Source: Oceanispirochaeta sp. (GTDB lineage: Bacteria > Spirochaetota > Spirochaetia > DSM-2461). Taken from it: a stretch of DNA of 64,000 bases. The stretch is from assembly GCA_963663385.2 (NCBI GenBank), contig CAXXXD010000002.1:1344001-1408000 (forward strand), given 5' to 3'. The notes below the pieces were generated by a model that ran no database searches, had not been told where the DNA came from, and saw nothing but the letters and a program-made list of their open reading frames with translations. Positions 59,736 through 64,000 of the stretch are shown here, piece after piece; the stretch's first letter is position 1; each line of letters starts with the position of its first letter. The position numbers and the translations under genes were made by a program.

Positions 59736-59839
59736 ACGAAGTTTACGACCAGAGCAGGAAGCTTGCTTCCGACCAGCCCCTCAAGGGGAGAAGTCATTTA
59801 TATGACTCCCCTCCTGAGGAGGGGCAGGGGGAGGTCCGG
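59736..59839. repeat. Composite intergenic repeat: 56-bp element plus triplex-motif doublet with a 16-bp palindromic spacer
   Basis: CCCC-TCAA-GGGGAGA, AGTCAT-TTAT-ATGACT, CCCCTCC-TGA-GGAGGGG-CAG-GGGGAGG; reverse-orientation relative of the 49-kb doublet. Confidence 0.88.
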
Positions 59840-59894
59840 TAGAAGTCGCGGGTAGACTGTATCCCTTCACGGATCCCCGATCGTGGCTGGGGGT

Positions 59895-59914
59895 GGAGGG
59901 GATGGGGGAGGTTC
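59895..59914. repeat. Partial triplex-motif copy
   Basis: GGAGGGGATGGGGGAGGTTC is the exact reverse complement of 49089-49108. Confidence 0.75.
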
Positions 59915-61214
59915 AATACGAAAGGGAACTGGAAATAATTATCTCGTATTTGCCGAAGTCGCTGAAGGATTTGTCGCTGGAGAGGTCTACAGCGATGGTA
60001 CCCCGGGCATGGAGGCTGTTCAGTTTATCCAGATAGAGAATGAAGTCTGCCCCGGTACCGTAGCGGAAGTCCTTGTCCCAGTCGAAAGGGATATCCTCCC
60101 GTTTAACGACACCCATATCAAAGAAGGGCTGGCATTGGGCTTCTCCCACGCCTTCCCACTGGATTACACCTATAGTCATATCGTGGCTCATAAAGGCTCC
60201 GCTTACACCATACATGGTTTTGTCTTCAACACCGCGGATCTGTCCTCCCAGTCCGGATATTTCATCATTGAAACTGAATATGGTATAGGCTCTGTTCGTA
60301 TAGTTCAGCCTCTTATGCAGTACCTTGTAATAACAGCTGTCCAGGCTGACGGTAAATTTCATTTTATCGTCCTCTTCGGGGCGGTAAATGTAGGAAATAC
60401 TGTTTTTGGCCGTAAGGTTATAACCGTCCCGGAAGTTCTTCTTCCAGTCTACATCGTCGTAGCCGCCGCTATGGGAAAAGGAGGCGTAGTAGGGTTCTTT
60501 TTCGTAATTGAACCCTGAATATCCATAGTTCAATCCGATGGAGGGGCTGATTCTATAGAAGTAATCATTGCCAAGATCGTATTTAGTGGAAACCGAGAAG
60601 TCGCTGTTATAGTAATTCATCTCTTCAATGACTTCATCATCAGCGTCTTCTTTACTGGTTTCCTTGTACTGCTGCATGAAACCGAAATCGTATTCCTTGT
60701 TTCCAATCTTTACATTATTCAGCTGGGGATTGAAGGTCCAGTTACCGGTTTTAAGATCGCCATCTTCCATTCTCAGGTCCAGATTCATGCCAAGGTAGAA
60801 ATTATTCAGGGAACCGAAAGCGTTATCATAGAAAAACTTCATCCCCACCCGGAATCCCGTATTGGAGTCGTACTTGGGGTAGGGGAAGGGGATAATCGTC
60901 CATGTGTCTTCCAGGTTGATCCGGACCAGGTAACGGTGAGTATCCTCTTCTACCGAGATCTCTTCCTGTGTCATTTCAACTGAGTTGAAAACCCTCAGGT
61001 TGATCAACTCCTGCCGCTGGTCAGCCACTGCAGCGTTCAGTTCTTCCTGGCTGTAGAATACAGCCCCCTCTTTCAGGTCCATTTCATTAAGGAGTGCCCA
61101 CTTCTTAGTGGCTCCGTCGACACTTATTTCAAACTGGTCAATGATATGCTGTTCTTCAGCTGCCAGAGTCACTGTTGTTAAAACTGCTAGTATTTTAAGA
61201 AGTTTTTTTTTCAT
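59913..61214 (-). CDS. Omp85/BamA-TamA-family outer-membrane protein (one POTRA-like domain plus barrel)
   Basis: Signal peptide MKKKLL..; G.TK..LLNEM..G, L.NLRVFNSV, EDTWTIIP; IRGV lid motif; PFFDMG; C-terminal aromatic. Confidence 0.72.
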   Translation of the reverse strand: MKKKLLKILAVLTTVTLAAEEQHIIDQFEISVDGATKKWALLNEMDLKEGAVFYSQEELNAAVADQRQELINLRVFNSVEMTQEEISVEEDTHRYLVRINLEDTWTIIPFPYPKYDSNTGFRVGMKFFYDNAFGSLNNFYLGMNLDLRMEDGDLKTGNWTFNPQLNNVKIGNKEYDFGFMQQYKETSKEDADDEVIEEMNYYNSDFSVSTKYDLGNDYFYRISPSIGLNYGYSGFNYEKEPYYASFSHSGGYDDVDWKKNFRDGYNLTAKNSISYIYRPEEDDKMKFTVSLDSCYYKVLHKRLNYTNRAYTIFSFNDEISGLGGQIRGVEDKTMYGVSGAFMSHDMTIGVIQWEGVGEAQCQPFFDMGVVKREDIPFDWDKDFRYGTGADFILYLDKLNSLHARGTIAVDLSSDKSFSDFGKYEIIISSSLSY

Positions 61215-61220
61215 AGCCAC

Positions 61221-61249
61221 ACAGTAGCATGCCCTTTTTCTTTTCTCAA
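61221..61249 (-). promoter_or_regulatory. Promoter of a candidate leaderless Omp85 transcript
   Basis: Minus strand: TTGAGA-N17-(TGC)TACTGT, 6 nt, ATG 61214. Confidence 0.5.
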
Positions 61250-61310
61250 GTCAAAACAGGGGGGCGTTCAAGATTGTTAAGATTCTAAAAAAGGGTAGGG
61301 AAGGTGTCTC

Positions 61311-61340
61311 TTTACTATCTAACTTCAAGCCCGGTATAAT
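61311..61340 (+). promoter_or_regulatory. Promoter of a candidate leaderless aroB transcript
   Basis: TTTACT-N18-TATAAT, 6 nt, ATG 61347. Confidence 0.55.
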
Positions 61341-61346
61341 CAGGAT

Positions 61347-62357
61347 ATGGATATTATCAGAACATTTGAATTCGGCGGTTTTCCCTGTACCGCATCAATT
61401 TGCAGCAGGGATGAAGTTCTACCGGAGGATACCTCTCTTTTTGTTGCAGATGCCAACACGGTTTCTCTTGTTCCGGTTCCGGAGGAACTGCCATCGGTTA
61501 CACTCGTTCCCGGTGAAAAGGAGAAACAGTGGCCGGCGGTAGACACGATTCTTAAACTGGCCATGAAAGAAGGTCTGGCACGGGATTCCCTGATTGTCGG
61601 AGCAGGCGGGGGAGTGGTAACGGATATGACAGCCTTTGCGGCCAGCCTTTATATGAGAGGGTGCCGGGTGGTCCTTATCCCCACATCTCTCCTCGCTATG
61701 GTGGACGCCTCGTTCGGCGGAAAAACCGGTATCGATGCAGGTCCCTGTAAAAATATGATCGGTTCCTTCTACCCCGCTTCGGAAGTTCGGATCTGCCCGG
61801 ATTTTCTGAAAACCCTTCCCGACAGGGAGTTCCTGAACGGTTTGGCGGAAGTTGTTAAAACGGCCATTATCGGTGATCCGGAAATGCTGGATCTGATGAG
61901 AGAGAAGCGGGAGCGTATCCTGTATAGGGAACCGGATATTATGGCTCAGCTGATCCGCCGCTGTATCCTGGTAAAAGGAGCTCTGGTCGAAGAAGATTTA
62001 AGAGAGAAGGGCCGGCGGGCTCTGTTGAATCTGGGCCATACATTTGGTCATGCCCTGGAAGCTGTCTCGGATTTCGAATGGTCACACGGTGCTGCGGTAG
62101 CCTGGGGAATGGGCAGGGCTCTGGATGCCTCGGTCAAACTGGACCTGGCTGATCCCGCCTGGGCGCAAGAGCTCAAGCAACTGCTGACAGATTTCGGATT
62201 CCAGCTGGAAGCCTTTGTCGAAAGGGAAGATATTCTGAAAGCCATGACCATGGATAAAAAGAAGAAGGGCGGTAAACTCCGTTACATCCTCCCTGTATCC
62301 CCCGGTGATGTGCGCATCAAAACCCTGGAGGAGGATTTTGTCCGGAGTATCCTCTGA
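61347..62357 (+). CDS. aroB: 3-dehydroquinate synthase
   Basis: GEKEK, GGGVVTD, PTSLLAMVDASFGGKTG, KNMIG, LNLGHTFGHALE, HGAAV, DKK. Confidence 0.93.
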   Translation: MDIIRTFEFGGFPCTASICSRDEVLPEDTSLFVADANTVSLVPVPEELPSVTLVPGEKEKQWPAVDTILKLAMKEGLARDSLIVGAGGGVVTDMTAFAASLYMRGCRVVLIPTSLLAMVDASFGGKTGIDAGPCKNMIGSFYPASEVRICPDFLKTLPDREFLNGLAEVVKTAIIGDPEMLDLMREKRERILYREPDIMAQLIRRCILVKGALVEEDLREKGRRALLNLGHTFGHALEAVSDFEWSHGAAVAWGMGRALDASVKLDLADPAWAQELKQLLTDFGFQLEAFVEREDILKAMTMDKKKKGGKLRYILPVSPGDVRIKTLEEDFVRSIL

Positions 62358-62411
62358 TTCATTTGATTAAGGGGGTATTGCAAAAATCAGAAGGAATCCG
62401 GTTCTAACGTG

Positions 62412-62443
62412 CCCTCTCCTTTATCCTCTCCCAGGGGGAGAGG
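62412..62443. repeat. Single triplex-type motif between convergent genes
   Basis: CCCTCTCC-TTTAT-CCTCTCCC-AGG-GGGAGAGG: exact mirror plus exact hairpin. Confidence 0.85.
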
Positions 62444-62466
62444 GCATTATGTTTTAACACAGTCTG

Positions 62467-64000
62467 CTAATAGCTTATATACGAATCCACAAGGCGGTAG
62501 GCACTATTCACCTTCTCCCAGCTTTCAGCGGGCATCTCCTCGGATACTTCATCCGCCAGCACCTCGAGAGAGGCCAGTGAATCATTCACAGCAGTGGTGA
62601 ATTTCCCCACAGAACGGAACCAGTAGTGTCCCTCGCCGTCACACTGCAGGGCTATAATCCCGTAGGATTGTTTCTTGCGCTTTCCCGCAGAGGATATTTT
62701 CATCAGAATGTCCATATTATCCGCCAGTTCTTTCATATGCTGGGGATTATCGGAGCTGTAGTTTTTTTTGGGAATCCCCTGAATAATATCCTTTTTGGGA
62801 TTGATGGAGCTGATAATTTTGAAAATCATATTTACCTGAATCCCCTGCAGTATCTCCCTTCCTTCCCAGTGCAGTATTCCTTTCATTCCCTTATAGTCCG
62901 GCCATTGTTCCGGTGTCATCTGTTTCAGCTCCTTCCAGGCGCTGTTCCAGTCTACAAGGGCCATTTTCTTGCGGCCTTTTGCCGGCAATATTACGGGGAA
63001 GCGGGTTTTTCCGATGATGATCTCCTGAGAGGTATCCCGTTTTTTCTCTCTGGAACCCTTCAGTTGCGGTTCCAGCTGAAGGGCCAGGGATTCGGATGTC
63101 CGGCTTACCAGGGCCCGGGTCATGGGAGAGACGGAACGGGCGTATGTCTGGCTGGTTCGAACAACTTCACCCGCTACGATATAGGCAGGGTTCTCCCTGA
63201 ACATGGTTGAGCCGGGATGGATCAGTATCCTGTCTGCGGTCAGACTCTTGTAGGAGCCCCTGCCGCTGCTGATACAGACAAATTGGATCAATCCCCGGGC
63301 ACAGGCGCAGAGGTAGTTATCCAGCTCGCCTCCTTCCAGTACGGGAACTCCCATTTTATCGCTGACAATCTCTTCCAGTTGTCCCTGAATGTTAACGAGT
63401 TCCATCATGGTTCTCTCTTCCAGGTAGAATCGTTTACAGAAGGCTGTCCTGTCTCCGGCATTTAAAAATGCATCAAACAGCCTGAGGTAGGCCACAAAGT
63501 CTCCCCTTTTATCCCGGAAATGATGATGGGCTTTTCGGGCTTCCAACTCTTCTCCCTGGGGTAGTAGGTAGGGTGAGTTGGTAGAAAGAAAAGAAGCGGC
63601 AATAAGGGTTTCCCTCAGCACTTCCGGGTACTGCATGATTGATTCAACGATCATTCTGGCATGCCGGGGCATAAGGGGAAAGGGGGTCATCATTTTCCCG
63701 ATAGTGGTCAGGCGATTGTCATTATCCAGGGCATCCAGGAGTTTGAGTGTGTCAACAGCACCGATAATCCCCTTTCTTCCCGGAGGTGAGATAAAGTCAA
63801 AACTCTGAAAATCCCGAATCTCCAGCTCTGCCATCCGCAGGACAACTTCGGCCAGATCGGTCCGGTAGATCTCTTCCCGGGTAAACAGGGGACGTCCGGA
63901 AAAGGATTCCTTCGGGTAGAGACGGTAACAGGTTCCCGGTTGGGTTCGCCCGGCACGCCCCCTCCTCTGATTGGCCGAGGCCTGGGATATTTCCGTTTCT
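62467..64000 (-). CDS. hrpA: ATP-dependent DEAH-box RNA helicase HrpA-like (5' part outside the window)
   Basis: Frame is open to the window end: ISQASANQRRGRAGR (motif VI), GTCYRLY, EIYRTDL; HA2 region LTTIGKMM..P..PR; IHPGS. Confidence 0.85.
   Translation of the reverse strand, partial: ETEISQASANQRRGRAGRTQPGTCYRLYPKESFSGRPLFTREEIYRTDLAEVVLRMAELEIRDFQSFDFISPPGRKGIIGAVDTLKLLDALDNDNRLTTIGKMMTPFPLMPRHARMIVESIMQYPEVLRETLIAASFLSTNSPYLLPQGEELEARKAHHHFRDKRGDFVAYLRLFDAFLNAGDRTAFCKRFYLEERTMMELVNIQGQLEEIVSDKMGVPVLEGGELDNYLCACARGLIQFVCISSGRGSYKSLTADRILIHPGSTMFRENPAYIVAGEVVRTSQTYARSVSPMTRALVSRTSESLALQLEPQLKGSREKKRDTSQEIIIGKTRFPVILPAKGRKKMALVDWNSAWKELKQMTPEQWPDYKGMKGILHWEGREILQGIQVNMIFKIISSINPKKDIIQGIPKKNYSSDNPQHMKELADNMDILMKISSAGKRKKQSYGIIALQCDGEGHYWFRSVGKFTTAVNDSLASLEVLADEVSEEMPAESWEKVNSAYRLVDSYISY

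Overview
Bacterial chromosomal window, most likely a free-living spirochaete (inferred from the type-2 IleRS and spirochaete-style OmpA and exported proteins). Bases 1-33102 hold the distal part of a large AT-rich surface-polysaccharide locus, all on the + strand. It includes gmd, a pseudaminic-acid-like module (pseC/F/I plus extra tailoring enzymes, with no recognisable pseB or pseG in the window), a CDP-6-deoxyhexose module, fnlABC, wzx/wzy, glycosyl- and acyltransferases and an initiating phosphoglycosyltransferase. Three AT-rich envelope genes follow, then an abrupt switch at about 36.1 kb to GC-richer core-like DNA. That region carries a citryl-CoA-lyase-like gene, an intact IS1380-family element inserted in a repeat array, a ParE-type toxin-antitoxin pair, a phosphonate operon (CyTase-PepM, Ppd, Fe-ADH), a GGDEF protein (minus strand; the supplied ORF track labels it +), ileS, hisHF, thiI/cysteine desulfurase, wecA/wzz/SLBB export genes, an Omp85-family gene, aroB and a partial hrpA. 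The most striking unexplained structure is a family of intergenic hairpin-plus-mirror-repeat (intrastrand-triplex-type) motifs. They occur as REPIN-like doublets with variable spacers, and one doublet is directly duplicated around an AT-rich DUF559 endonuclease gene, a candidate nuclease/repeat mobile system. Several core genes also have a -10 box 6-7 nt before the ATG and no Shine-Dalgarno, suggesting leaderless mRNAs. No rRNA, tRNA or CRISPR array was recognised.
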